From a virus (taxonomy: Duplodnaviria > Caudoviricetes), in IMG/VR virus record IMGVR_UViG_3300020042_006344, positions 1 to 28,217 of that record: a stretch of DNA of 28,217 nt, one strand, 5' to 3'. Below the pieces are notes generated by a model, which searched no databases, had not been told where the DNA came from, and saw only the letters and a program-made list of their open reading frames with translations. Positions 7,672 to 15,545 of the stretch are shown here, piece by piece. Position numbers and translations under genes: made by a program. Numbering within the stretch: the stretch's first letter is position 1; each line of letters opens with the position of its first letter.

Positions 7672-8405
7672 GCGGTGTCACCTGGACAGCCGACGCTCGC
7701 GTCTTGTGAAAAAGGCTTGAAATAGGGGCACCAGTTGCAGAGGCGATCAGCCTTGGCGGGTATCTGGGCCCACATGGTAGGCGAGCGCTCGACATCAACA
7801 GCCGCGAGCAGCGCGTGCACGTTGTCCACTCGCTCCAGTGCTTTAAGTGCGACGCTCTCGTCATAGTCGTGCATCACGAGGTGCATATCGGCCAGCGAAC
7901 CGCCAGTCGGCAAGAAAGCCAGCGCGACCTTGTTGACAGTGACGCCTTGCAGCGCCTTGCCGTAGCCGTAGAGCTGGACCTGAACGATCTGCTGCTGGGT
8001 GGCGCCTTCGCGCCGATACTTGTCGAGTGAAGAGCCGCCTGTCGTTTTCCAGTCGAGCACGACCCCGCGCACGGTGTCGAACAAGTCGATCGTCCCGCCC
8101 AGCCCTGCCCGAATAGTGACTCGCTGCTCGACTTCGAAGCCGTCGATCTTGCCAAAGACCTCGGCGAGGTAGGCGTGTATTGCCGTCCCCACCTGAGCTG
8201 CCCAAGAGCCGCCACTCGTCTCGTTTGGCTTGTCCCAGTCGAGCAGCTTGTAAGCCAGTCGCCTCGTGCACTCGTGCCCCATCTCGCTCGGACCGATACT
8301 GACCTGCCGCGATCGAGGCGAGTAGATGCCTGCGTTTGAGATGATCTTCTGGAGATCTTGCGCGTACTGTGCTGGTGGCGTGTAAAGCGTCGCGAACTCG
8401 ATCAC
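7668..8405 (-). CDS. Cas4-like / PD-(D/E)xK exonuclease
   Basis: IGPSEMGHEC, GTAIH, GTIDL, DWKT, QxQLY, CNWCPY...C (4-Cys Fe-S pattern). Confidence 0.85.
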   Translation of the reverse strand: MIEFATLYTPPAQYAQDLQKIISNAGIYSPRSRQVSIGPSEMGHECTRRLAYKLLDWDKPNETSGGSWAAQVGTAIHAYLAEVFGKIDGFEVEQRVTIRAGLGGTIDLFDTVRGVVLDWKTTGGSSLDKYRREGATQQQIVQVQLYGYGKALQGVTVNKVALAFLPTGGSLADMHLVMHDYDESVALKALERVDNVHALLAAVDVERSPTMWAQIPAKADRLCNWCPYFKPFSQDASVGCPGDTA

Positions 8406-8497
8406 TCGTCGTCCTCGTCATCGTCCTCGAACGGGTCGAAGCCAGGCGGTGTCAGAGCTGGCACCTGTAGCGGTGTCATCGGTTGGACGATCGTCAT
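8402..8497 (-). CDS. small acidic hypothetical protein
   Basis: MTIVQPMTPLQVPALTPPGFDPFEDDEDDE; ATGA and GTGA overlaps at its two ends. Confidence 0.5.
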   Translation of the reverse strand: MTIVQPMTPLQVPALTPPGFDPFEDDDEDDE

Positions 8498-8799
8498 TCC
8501 TCGACCACCACCGTGAAGCGCCTGCTCGTGCTCTCTTTCGAGAGGTATGCGTAGATCGCTGGCGCAAGAATCTTCTTGGCCTCGCTCGTGTCGAAGCGGT
8601 TCGTGACCACCTTCGACCAGCGCACGACTGCCTTGCCGTTGAAAGTGCCGATCTCGGCGTCACCGAGCGCGTGCTCGATGTGAGTCCTGGCGTCTGCCGC
8701 TCGCTCCTCGAGCTGCTTGATCTCGGCTTGCAGCTTCTTGTAAAGATCGAGCCAAGCGATCACGCCGATCTCGAGTTCCTGCTTTGGTTTGTCTGTCAT
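8494..8799 (-). CDS. hypothetical coiled-coil protein (phage recombination region)
   Basis: GGGGGAAAG RBS; coiled coil followed by VVRW...RFD...RRF. Confidence 0.7.
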   Translation of the reverse strand: MTDKPKQELEIGVIAWLDLYKKLQAEIKQLEERAADARTHIEHALGDAEIGTFNGKAVVRWSKVVTNRFDTSEAKKILAPAIYAYLSKESTSRRFTVVVEE

Positions 8800-8808
8800 C
8801 TTTCCCCC

Positions 8809-9237
8809 CTAGTACCATCGTTTTTCTTGCCAGTGTGCCCAAGCGCCGCAAGGCCCTGCTGAGCCATAGCGCCTGCCGATGTAGGCCAGCGCTGCAACCG
8901 TCTGCGCCACAGGCGCGTCTGAGTGCTTCATTCCGATATTCTTGTAAGTCGAGTCGAGAAGCTGGCCGATACCGCGAGCGCTCGAGTTTGGATTCTTGGC
9001 AGCCGCATTCCAGGCCGACTCACGGCCAGCAAGACGGCTGAAGCAGACGAACTGCTCTGGTGTGAGCAGCTCCTTTGCGAGAGCCTTAGCGCTGACTTGG
9101 TCGATCGCGGGTCGGTCTTTGAAGACCACTGGGACTGCTTGTTCTGCTGTGAATGCTTGCACCAGCAAGACGCTGGTGACGACTGCTGCTGCGATGTTGA
9201 GTCCCCGTCTGAAAAGTCGTTCGAGTCTAGAGCACAT
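8809..9237 (-). CDS. lytic transglycosylase-like protein with N-terminal hydrophobic segment
   Basis: RESAWNAAAKNPNSSARGIGQLL...YIGRRYG...CGAWAHW; start uncertain. Confidence 0.8.
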   Translation of the reverse strand: MCSRLERLFRRGLNIAAAVVTSVLLVQAFTAEQAVPVVFKDRPAIDQVSAKALAKELLTPEQFVCFSRLAGRESAWNAAAKNPNSSARGIGQLLDSTYKNIGMKHSDAPVAQTVAALAYIGRRYGSAGPCGAWAHWQEKRWY

Positions 9238-9261
9238 GAAGCGCTCCCTTCTTGCCCAGGC

Positions 9262-9612
9262 TTAATCGAACTTTGGTCGGTCATAGCCTGCTGCTTTGAG
9301 TAAGTCGAGAAGTACCGAGAGCGGTACGATAGCTGGCCAGTCGTCGATGTGACTGGGCCCTTGGCCGTCGAGACGAAGCACTGCCACTGGCAGCAGCCCG
9401 TCTTGCTGGCGATCGCGTAACTGCTTCATCGCGGCACTGACTTGAATGCCTCGACGAGCTTTGACTTCGACATCCACACCGATCACGCCAGTGATGTCCG
9501 TCCCTGTTCTGCCCGAGCCAGCTGGCTGAGCGTATGGGAAGCCGTTCTCGCGAAAATACTCGGCGACGATTCGTTGAGATTCGTAGCCCCGAGCGATGCG
9601 TGAAGAGGTCAC
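9262..9612 (-). CDS. Holliday junction resolvase-like PD-(D/E)xK nuclease
   Basis: RG-x3-Q-x2-VA...GTDI...VEVKAR; GTG start at 9612 chosen. Confidence 0.78.
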   Translation of the reverse strand: MTSSRIARGYESQRIVAEYFRENGFPYAQPAGSGRTGTDITGVIGVDVEVKARRGIQVSAAMKQLRDRQQDGLLPVAVLRLDGQGPSHIDDWPAIVPLSVLLDLLKAAGYDRPKFD

Positions 9613-9735
9613 CCCAAGACCTTCCAGACCACGAGTGCGCCGATAACGACGCCAACGCTGATGCCTGGAAGTACGGAACGCCTTGGAGCGACTCCCCCCC
9701 TCATAGCCGAGCAAAACTTCACCCACGCGAGCTGC

Positions 9736-10011
9736 TCATTTAAGTCGAGCCGTTTCTTGTTCATTGAAGATCTCTCTCAGTTCGAGATCGATGTCATGCG
9801 GCGAATGGTAGTAAGCGCTGACTGATCGATCGCCAGAGACTAGCAGCAGGCACCAAAGGCTTGCTGGTAGCTGGATGCGGTACCACTGACCCAAGGATGT
9901 GATGCCTTTGAGCTCGAAGTGGTCTAGTAGGTCGCCCTGTGTTAGTCTTTTCTGGGCTTTGCTTTGGTTGGTATTCTCTTCAACCCTAACTGCGTATTTG
10001 TATGAGTACAT
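9736..10011 (-). CDS. hypothetical protein
   Basis: AGGGGGAAGG RBS before the ATG at 10011. Confidence 0.55.
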   Translation of the reverse strand: MYSYKYAVRVEENTNQSKAQKRLTQGDLLDHFELKGITSLGQWYRIQLPASLWCLLLVSGDRSVSAYYHSPHDIDLELREIFNEQETARLK

Positions 10012-10064
10012 CGAGGTCCTTCCCCCTGTTGTTGGATTAGCGTAACACGCCACCCGAGCGCCTG

Positions 10065-11303
10065 TCAAAGCGACACGCCGTCCTGAGCCGTCGCTGCCGC
10101 AAGCATCGCGCGCAGTCTGGCCAGAGCCTCGAATGTGTGGTTGATCTGTGGTGCTGGGCAGCTCTCGACTGCCCCGTTCTCCCGCGCCTTTTCGTAAGCC
10201 TGATCCCTCGACAGGCCTTCTCGGATTAAGCGGTTCATCTTGGTGGTGGTGCCTTGCTGTTTGATGTTCTGGTGCATGCCGACGTGGTTGATGTCGAGCC
10301 TGCTGACCAGATCTGAAGTCGCAAGGAGCACGTGCTCAGTGATCGCGCACAGATCTGGCAAAGCGATGCGCTCGACTGACGAGTGCGAGATGTCGCGTTC
10401 GTGCCAGAGTGCTATTCCCTCGGTGATCGGCATGACATAAGACCTTGCCAGGCGTGCCAGACCTGAGATCTTTTCAGCCGTGATCGGGTTGCGCTTGTGT
10501 GGCATTGAGGACGAACCTCGCTGCCCCTTGGCGGTGCCTTCAAAGATCTCGGCCACCTCGCTGCGCTGTCCGTGCCTGATCTCGAGCGCCAGGGCCTCGC
10601 ACACCGTGACGACATTAGCGAGGCTGTAAGCCCAAGCGCCGAGGCTGTCACGCATAAGAACCTGAGTCGAACTATCTGGCACATTGAGCCCGAGCGCCCC
10701 GCAGACTGCGATCTCGACATCTCTGGGCACGTGCACGTAGTTGCCTAGCGGTCCCGAGATATGGCCGACCCTGACCTGATCTGCCGAAGCCACAAAGCGA
10801 TCAAGAGACCTAGCCAGTGCGAGTGCGATGTCTGCGACTCTGTAGCCCCAGCTGGTCGGTTCTGCCGCTTGCCCGTGAGTGCGCCCTTGTCTGATCGTGC
10901 CTCGGTGCTCAGTGGCGTGTGCTATCAGTTCAGACAGAAGCGTGTAGCCAGCGTTGCCGATAAGCACATTCGCCTGAAGCAAGATCAGAGCCTGGGCGGT
11001 TTCGACGACATCAGAACTCGTCAGCCCGTAGTGCAACCAGCGATGGACGCCTTCGTGCTCAGTGTTCTCTTTCCAAGCGGCTAAAAAGGCCATGAGGTCA
11101 TGGCGCAGCGTCTCCTCTTGGGCACGCATCTGTTCAAGCGACGGCCTGAGCGTGAGCTCAAGGTGCATGTGCATATCGGGCGGCACGATCTCGAACTGCC
11201 CTTGCGCTTTCATCACCTCGATCTCGACGACCGCCCAGTGCAGGACTTTGTTAGCGTCGGACCAGACTAGGCGCATCTGGGGCGAGCAATAGCGCTCGAT
11301 CAT
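10065..11303 (-). CDS. purB: adenylosuccinate lyase
   Basis: MIERY start, HD, HYGLTSSD, GRTHGQ, the fumarase-superfamily signature GSSSMPHKRNP, and WHERDISHSSVER; ATGA-coupled to the upstream phage gene. Confidence 0.95.
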   Translation of the reverse strand: MIERYCSPQMRLVWSDANKVLHWAVVEIEVMKAQGQFEIVPPDMHMHLELTLRPSLEQMRAQEETLRHDLMAFLAAWKENTEHEGVHRWLHYGLTSSDVVETAQALILLQANVLIGNAGYTLLSELIAHATEHRGTIRQGRTHGQAAEPTSWGYRVADIALALARSLDRFVASADQVRVGHISGPLGNYVHVPRDVEIAVCGALGLNVPDSSTQVLMRDSLGAWAYSLANVVTVCEALALEIRHGQRSEVAEIFEGTAKGQRGSSSMPHKRNPITAEKISGLARLARSYVMPITEGIALWHERDISHSSVERIALPDLCAITEHVLLATSDLVSRLDINHVGMHQNIKQQGTTTKMNRLIREGLSRDQAYEKARENGAVESCPAPQINHTFEALARLRAMLAAATAQDGVSL

Positions 11304-11479
11304 TCGAGCCCCTTGACGATTCGAATGGCTCGATCGATGAGCGCGCTTTCGGCTAGGTTGTCGCACTGCTGGCAGACGCACAACGGCATCATCTTGCTCT
11401 CTAGATCTTTGGCGATCTGAGCCCTAGCGGTGGCTACCGCGATCGCTATGAACTCGTGCCCCTCTGGTGATGGGCTCAT
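11300..11479 (-). CDS. small hypothetical protein (CxCxxC)
   Basis: MSPSPEGHEF...LCVCQQC; ATGA overlaps at both ends. Confidence 0.6.
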   Translation of the reverse strand: MSPSPEGHEFIAIAVATARAQIAKDLESKMMPLCVCQQCDNLAESALIDRAIRIVKGLE

Positions 11480-11607
11480 TTCTTGGTGTAGTCTTTCAGC
11501 GCTTGGTTGATGACTTCGGAGACGCTTGTCTCCTCTCGCTCTGCCAGTTTGCGCGCTGCTTGCCATAGGTTGTCCGAGACTCGGACGCTTCTGATCGGTG
11601 TGCTCAT
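11476..11607 (-). CDS. ribbon-helix-helix DNA-binding protein
   Basis: MSTPIRSVRVSDNLWQAARKLAEREETSVSEVINQALKDY, a typical RHH pattern; absent from the ORF track (43 aa). Confidence 0.75.
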   Translation of the reverse strand: MSTPIRSVRVSDNLWQAARKLAEREETSVSEVINQALKDYTKK

Positions 11608-11757
11608 TTAGTTCCCTTCGATTAGGCACTCGACAGCCGAGCCCCAGCAATAGCCAGAGTCGGTCCACCAGATGTGCCCCATGATGTAAAAGGCGGCGAC
11701 GATCGCTGCCAATATTAAAAGGGCGCGAATGCGCCTCTGCTTTTTGTTCAGCCTCAT
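11608..11757 (-). CDS. small membrane protein
   Basis: MRLNKKQRRIRALLILAAIVAAFYIMGHIWWTDSGYCWGSAVEC: basic N-terminus followed by a TM helix. Confidence 0.65.
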   Translation of the reverse strand: MRLNKKQRRIRALLILAAIVAAFYIMGHIWWTDSGYCWGSAVECLIEGN

Positions 11758-11927
11758 TTGACCAGCCACCAGCCAGCGTTCAGCACGCCATTGACGAAGC
11801 GAGCCTGAGCCTCTTTAGGGCCGACGCCGCCGTAGAAAGTGACGGTCTCGAGCCAGCTGTCCTGGCCGTTTGTCACTAGTGCGGCCACCTGCCAGGCGCC
11901 GCTTGACTTGACGCGGAAGACGTTCAT
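11754..11927 (-). CDS. hypothetical protein
   Basis: MNVFRVKSSGAW...; ATGA overlaps at both ends. Confidence 0.6.
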   Translation of the reverse strand: MNVFRVKSSGAWQVAALVTNGQDSWLETVTFYGGVGPKEAQARFVNGVLNAGWWLVK

Positions 11928-12079
11928 GCCGATGCCCCGCTCTTTAGTAGTGAGTCGTGAAGGTACGCACAGCCACAGCAGACCTTCGCAAGTACCTGCT
12001 CGCCGTTGTCGTACTGGTACCAGCGCCCGACTAGCGCTCTGGTCTTGCCACACATCTCGCACTCGAAGTCTTTTGTCAT
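11924..12079 (-). CDS. small zinc-finger-like protein
   Basis: MTKDFECEMCG...VCCGC; TAATG overlap with the upstream gene. Confidence 0.55.
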   Translation of the reverse strand: MTKDFECEMCGKTRALVGRWYQYDNGEQVLAKVCCGCAYLHDSLLKSGASA

Positions 12080-12543
12080 TAGTTCGCCTTTCCTTCTGCC
12101 GCTATGTACTTCGCAATCAACGCCTGACGCTGTGGCTCGATCGCGTCGTTATCGCGGTGCCATATCGCTGAGCAGACCTCACGCGCTGCCTTGCACTCTG
12201 GCGTGTTGTAGACTTCGCTGTTGATCACTGCCACCAGTTCATAGCCTGCCTCGCGCACTGCGTCTGCTTGTTCGCGTAGCACCCTGATCTGATCTTCAAG
12301 TGCTGCCACCTTCTGGCGTGCTGTTGCCTCGATCGCGCTGATCTCACTTGCACGAGCAAGGCGAGCCTCGCGCACTACTGCGTCCTCTGCTTTGTTGGCT
12401 TCGCGCCAGTCAGCCGAGAAACGACTGTCTTCAAGGGCGCGAAGTGCGTTATGGAAAGCACGAGCGCGCTGTGCGCTTAGAGCCTGAGTCGCCCAAGCGT
12501 AGAGGCCCTGACCTTCTGCTGGAGCTGCTATCGCCTTCGTCAT
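12079..12543 (-). CDS. hypothetical coiled-coil protein
   Basis: 154-aa Ala/Glu/Arg-rich ORF coupled by TAATG. Confidence 0.7.
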   Translation of the reverse strand: MTKAIAAPAEGQGLYAWATQALSAQRARAFHNALRALEDSRFSADWREANKAEDAVVREARLARASEISAIEATARQKVAALEDQIRVLREQADAVREAGYELVAVINSEVYNTPECKAAREVCSAIWHRDNDAIEPQRQALIAKYIAAEGKAN

Positions 12544-12839
12544 TAGAGAAGTCCCTTGATGATCTGAGCCAAGAGCTCGACTGAGGTGTAACCGCTTACC
12601 GTGATCTTACTTGCCACTAGACCCTTACCTTCGAACTTGATGATCTGAATGGTCTCGTCATCAAGCCAAATACGCACGCCCTCTGCGAAATATCCTCGGC
12701 CTGCTGTCGTGTAGCCTGTCTGCTCTACCGTCCAGAGGTCTACGCCACCGAAGTCGTTGTACTGTGGCACTGCGCAGTCGCCCTCTGCGATCACTAGGAG
12801 AACTGCTTCGTCGATCTTTGTCGCTGTTGCTGTTGTCAT
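12543..12839 (-). CDS. hypothetical protein, first gene after promoter copy 1
   Basis: GGAAGG RBS before the ATG at 12839 (MTTATATK). Confidence 0.7.
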   Translation of the reverse strand: MTTATATKIDEAVLLVIAEGDCAVPQYNDFGGVDLWTVEQTGYTTAGRGYFAEGVRIWLDDETIQIIKFEGKGLVASKITVSGYTSVELLAQIIKGLL

Positions 12840-12886
12840 TGTCTTACCTTCCGTTTTTAGGGGCTTTTCCCCGTCCTTATGAGATA

Positions 12887-12945
12887 AGCGTACCATGCCG
12901 TCCATACGCTGTCAATACAAAAAGATGGCGCGTGTCGGCGTGTCG
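12887..12945 (-). promoter_or_regulatory. sigma70-type promoter, copy 1
   Basis: TTGACA (12915-12910), 17 nt spacer, TACGCT (12892-12887) with extended TG; upstream tandem CGACACGC. Confidence 0.8.
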
Positions 12946-13103
12946 TGTGTGAAGCTGGTCACATCGCTACGCGTGGCAGCTGCAGTCGCAGGGACGGCGA
13001 CGGCTCGGGAAAGCGCCCATATGGGCGACCCGAGTGCAACGCTCGTGCTGATCTGTGGCGCACTTGGCTGACTGAAAGGTCGCCAGATACTCGCGCACGC
13101 CCT

Positions 13104-13244
13104 TCACACGCCGTCCTTCTCTTCCAGGGTGTCAAAGTCTGACGAGGAGCACACGCGGCACCGCTGGTCTGTGCCGTTGTCACAGTCCTCGCAGATCTCG
13201 TCCAGACCCAGCGCGATATCGTCCTCGAGTCTAGGCTCGCTCAT
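13104..13244 (-). CDS. small Cys-rich hypothetical protein
   Basis: MSEPRLEDDIALGLDEICEDC...CRVC; ATGA overlap. Confidence 0.5.
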   Translation of the reverse strand: MSEPRLEDDIALGLDEICEDCDNGTDQRCRVCSSSDFDTLEEKDGV

Positions 13245-13489
13245 CGGTGCTCCCATGCTGCGCGTGGCGCGTAGGGCTCTGTGCGGTTGTCACACACCGC
13301 TATCCATAGGGCAGGCTCAGAGTCCTCGTCCTCGACATCGTCATCTCCCTCGATCACGACGACATTAGCGACAAAGCCAGCGAGTGGGTAGTTCTGCTGG
13401 TAACTGACATTGACTGGCTGGTCACCCAGCTCGGGATAGTCCTCTAGCATCTCTTGAAGCGTCTCGATGAGTTCGTTTAGCGTCGCCAT
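13241..13489 (-). CDS. acidic hypothetical protein
   Basis: MATLNELIETLQ...QQNYPL...YAPRAAW; TAATG overlap. Confidence 0.65.
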   Translation of the reverse strand: MATLNELIETLQEMLEDYPELGDQPVNVSYQQNYPLAGFVANVVVIEGDDDVEDEDSEPALWIAVCDNRTEPYAPRAAWEHR

Positions 13490-13608
13490 TAGCCCACCTG
13501 CATTAACTCGTTGCAGTCGGCGCACCAGTAGGCGTCGCCGAGAGTGCTGTCTTCATCGTACTCGTGAACCCAGTCTGGGTGCAAGCACTTCGTCGCTGTC
13601 TTTGCCAT
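13489..13608 (-). CDS. small zinc-ribbon-like protein
   Basis: MAKTATKCLH...YWCADCNELMQVG; TAATG overlaps at both ends. Confidence 0.55.
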   Translation of the reverse strand: MAKTATKCLHPDWVHEYDEDSTLGDAYWCADCNELMQVG

Positions 13609-13781
13609 TAGTTGGTCACCTGGTTGTACTCGGACAGCGCCTGAGATAACTGGCGAATCGAGTCGATCAAGACATCACGAATCTCGTCTGGGTCTTGGCG
13701 CTCCTCGGCTTCGATCAGTTGGTTGCCGACAGTGTACATCGCCGAAGCGATGCCTGTCCAGATCTCCTTGACGGCGCCCAT
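13608..13781 (-). CDS. hypothetical protein
   Basis: MGAVKEIW...; TAATG overlaps. Confidence 0.6.
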   Translation of the reverse strand: MGAVKEIWTGIASAMYTVGNQLIEAEERQDPDEIRDVLIDSIRQLSQALSEYNQVTN

Positions 13782-14011
13782 TATGCGACCACCTTCCATG
13801 TGTAGTTGTGGTCAAGTCTTTTGTGGGTTTCGACTAGATCGCGTACCCAAGAGCGAACGCCACCGCCTGTTTTTGTCTCCCAGCCGCATGAGCACTGGGC
13901 GTCGTAGCCCCAAGCTCCGCGCATCGACTTGGCGTGTGGCATCTTTTCTCCTGCTGACCAAACGAACCACTTTACTGTCACTTTCTGTTCTGTCGCTTCT
14001 AGCTTCTTCAT
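13781..14011 (-). CDS. hypothetical protein (CSCGW...H motif), first gene after promoter copy 2
   Basis: GGAAGG RBS; CSCGW and a C-terminal His. Confidence 0.7.
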   Translation of the reverse strand: MKKLEATEQKVTVKWFVWSAGEKMPHAKSMRGAWGYDAQCSCGWETKTGGGVRSWVRDLVETHKRLDHNYTWKVVA

Positions 14012-14054
14012 TTTCTTGCCTTCCGTTTTTGGGGCTTCCTGCCCTTATGAGATA

Positions 14055-14113
14055 AGAATACCATGCCGTCCATACGCTGTCAATACAAAAAGATGGCGCG
14101 TGTCGGCGTGTCG
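14055..14113 (-). promoter_or_regulatory. sigma70-type promoter, copy 2
   Basis: TTGACA (14083-14078), 17 nt spacer, TATTCT (14060-14055); 14059-14113 is identical to 12891-12945. Confidence 0.8.
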
Positions 14114-14149
14114 CATGTGAGGTTGCTCACACCTTCGAGACATAGATGA

Positions 14150-14181
14150 AGGCCCCCCCACCCGTGAGGGCGAGGGGGCCT
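14150..14181 (-). terminator. GC-rich hairpin ending the late/lysis operon
   Basis: AGGCCCCC...GGGGGCCT inverted repeat just after the holin stop. Confidence 0.6.
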
Positions 14182-14192
14182 GTTGTATCTGG

Positions 14193-14396
14193 TTACTTAG
14201 AGCCGAGTCCGAACTGCGTGGCCCGAGGGTCCAGCGCTTTCAGTAGGGGACCCGCGACCGCGGCGATGCCTGCGAGTGCGTAGTCCTTTAGTGGGCGTGT
14301 CTGATCGACGAGATACAAAGCTAGCGCGGCCGATGCCGCTGCTCGAAGGTAAGAGGTCACTACCGCGTCGAGCTTGATCTTGGTTTGCTTGGTCAT
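14193..14396 (-). CDS. putative holin
   Basis: Two hydrophobic segments and a C-terminal LDP-x4-FG; adjacent to the endolysin. Confidence 0.7.
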   Translation of the reverse strand: MTKQTKIKLDAVVTSYLRAAASAALALYLVDQTRPLKDYALAGIAAVAGPLLKALDPRATQFGLGSK

Positions 14397-14400
14397 GGTG

Positions 14401-14910
14401 CTACTCCTTGAAGGTTGGTCTGCCGAAACCGACGACAGAGACGGGCAGCGACTTTCTGATCTTGCTGCGGTTGTTGATCTTGTAGGCGCGAGTCTTTAGG
14501 CAGACCTCGCCGCCGTTGCGCTGGTCTCCTTTTTTGTCTGGGCTGGTGTTGCCTTCGACTGTGGCGACCGTGCCGTCGCCGTTGTTCCGAACGACGATTC
14601 CGACGTGCGAGATGCGATCGATTCCATCGCCAGGGAAGTCAAAAAACACGATATCGCCTGGCTCTGGTAGTGCGTCAGCCGCATCTTGCCACGCACCTTT
14701 CTTTTGGAAGGCTGCAGCGCCTGCAGCGGTTGAAACGCAGTTTGGGATCTTGAGCTTGACGCCGTTGGCGCACCACATCACGAACGAGCCGCACCAAGGC
14801 AGATACTGAGCCTTGGAAAAAGCGCCGTATTTGGTCTGGTTCTCTTTTGGTCCCTCGATCGTGCCAGCCTCTGCCAGCGCTGTCGCTATGAACTCGGTTT
14901 TCTGACTCAT
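14401..14910 (-). CDS. CHAP-domain endolysin
   Basis: PWCGSFV, PGDIVFF, SHVGIV, EGNT, GFGRP. Confidence 0.88.
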   Translation of the reverse strand: MSQKTEFIATALAEAGTIEGPKENQTKYGAFSKAQYLPWCGSFVMWCANGVKLKIPNCVSTAAGAAAFQKKGAWQDAADALPEPGDIVFFDFPGDGIDRISHVGIVVRNNGDGTVATVEGNTSPDKKGDQRNGGEVCLKTRAYKINNRSKIRKSLPVSVVGFGRPTFKE

Positions 14911-15110
14911 TTCGCCCCTCTTTCGATTAGAACTCGGTAGATCTCTTCAACCTGTCGCTCGAGCCTGGTAACTGAGTCGCTAAGACTCGAACCGCCGTTC
15001 GGCTTGAGTTCGCTCAGGTAGTGCTGCACCATGAAGCGAACCATCATCGCAAAGGAGCCGATCAGCGTCGCGAGTGCGACTGCTAGACCTGCCCAGTCAG
15101 TCGAGCTCAC
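14907..15110 (-). CDS. membrane protein of the lysis cassette (holin-like)
   Basis: TM helix, then ELKPNGGSSL and a coiled coil. Confidence 0.7.
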   Translation of the reverse strand: MSSTDWAGLAVALATLIGSFAMMVRFMVQHYLSELKPNGGSSLSDSVTRLERQVEEIYRVLIERGAK

Positions 15111-15153
15111 CTCTGAGTCTCCGTCTGTTTCATGTTCTCTCCTTGTGTTGTAG

Positions 15154-15245
15154 TGGTGGGGCTAGAGGTCTTTCACCTCATCGCGGTGCAGGCTTCAACC
15201 TCTGCATGGCGTCATCGCACGTCAAGCGTCCCTGCGTGCTGCCCC
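15154..15245 (-). ncRNA. candidate cloverleaf RNA ending in ACCA
   Basis: GGGGC...GCCCC-ACCA closing three hairpins (GCACG/CGTGC, TGCAG/CTGCA, GAGGT/ACCTC). Confidence 0.35.
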
Positions 15246-15328
15246 CTCAAATAATCGAGTGCTTCTGCCTCGTCGATCGCGTCGTCAATGTCGCGCACCA
15301 ACGGCACGAGATCAGTCAATAGGCTCAT
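15212..15328 (-). CDS. small hypothetical protein
   Basis: MSLLTDLVPLVRDIDDAIDEAEALDYL...; AAGG RBS. Confidence 0.45.
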   Translation of the reverse strand: MSLLTDLVPLVRDIDDAIDEAEALDYLRGQHAGTLDVR

Positions 15329-15545
15329 CTGGCACCTTGTTGATCACGGCTTTTGTTCCCTGCCAAGTGACCACGCCTTCACAGTAGAAGTAGTGGAGCT
15401 TGCCGAGAAAAGTCCTACATGGAACATTGACCTCTACATCAGAAGCCTGATCTTGTGTGATCAGCTGCGTGCGGTCGGCGCTTGTTACGGTCACAGCCCA
15501 GGGGCTTGTGGGGACTCTGCTATAGTGAATGTAGATGTGGGGCAT
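15312..15545 (-). CDS. hypothetical protein
   Basis: MPHIYIHYS...; TAATG overlap with the upstream gene. Confidence 0.6.
   Translation of the reverse strand: MPHIYIHYSRVPTSPWAVTVTSADRTQLITQDQASDVEVNVPCRTFLGKLHYFYCEGVVTWQGTKAVINKVPDEPID

Noticed and set aside
7668-8405. CRISPR-Cas system
   Set aside because: Solo Cas4-like nuclease; no repeat-spacer array or other cas genes seen.
9609-9704. Small hydrophobic ORF MRGGVAPRRSVLPGISVGVVIGALVVWKVLG
   Set aside because: It has a GTGA overlap with the resolvase but no clear RBS and spans a G7 run; too weak to call.
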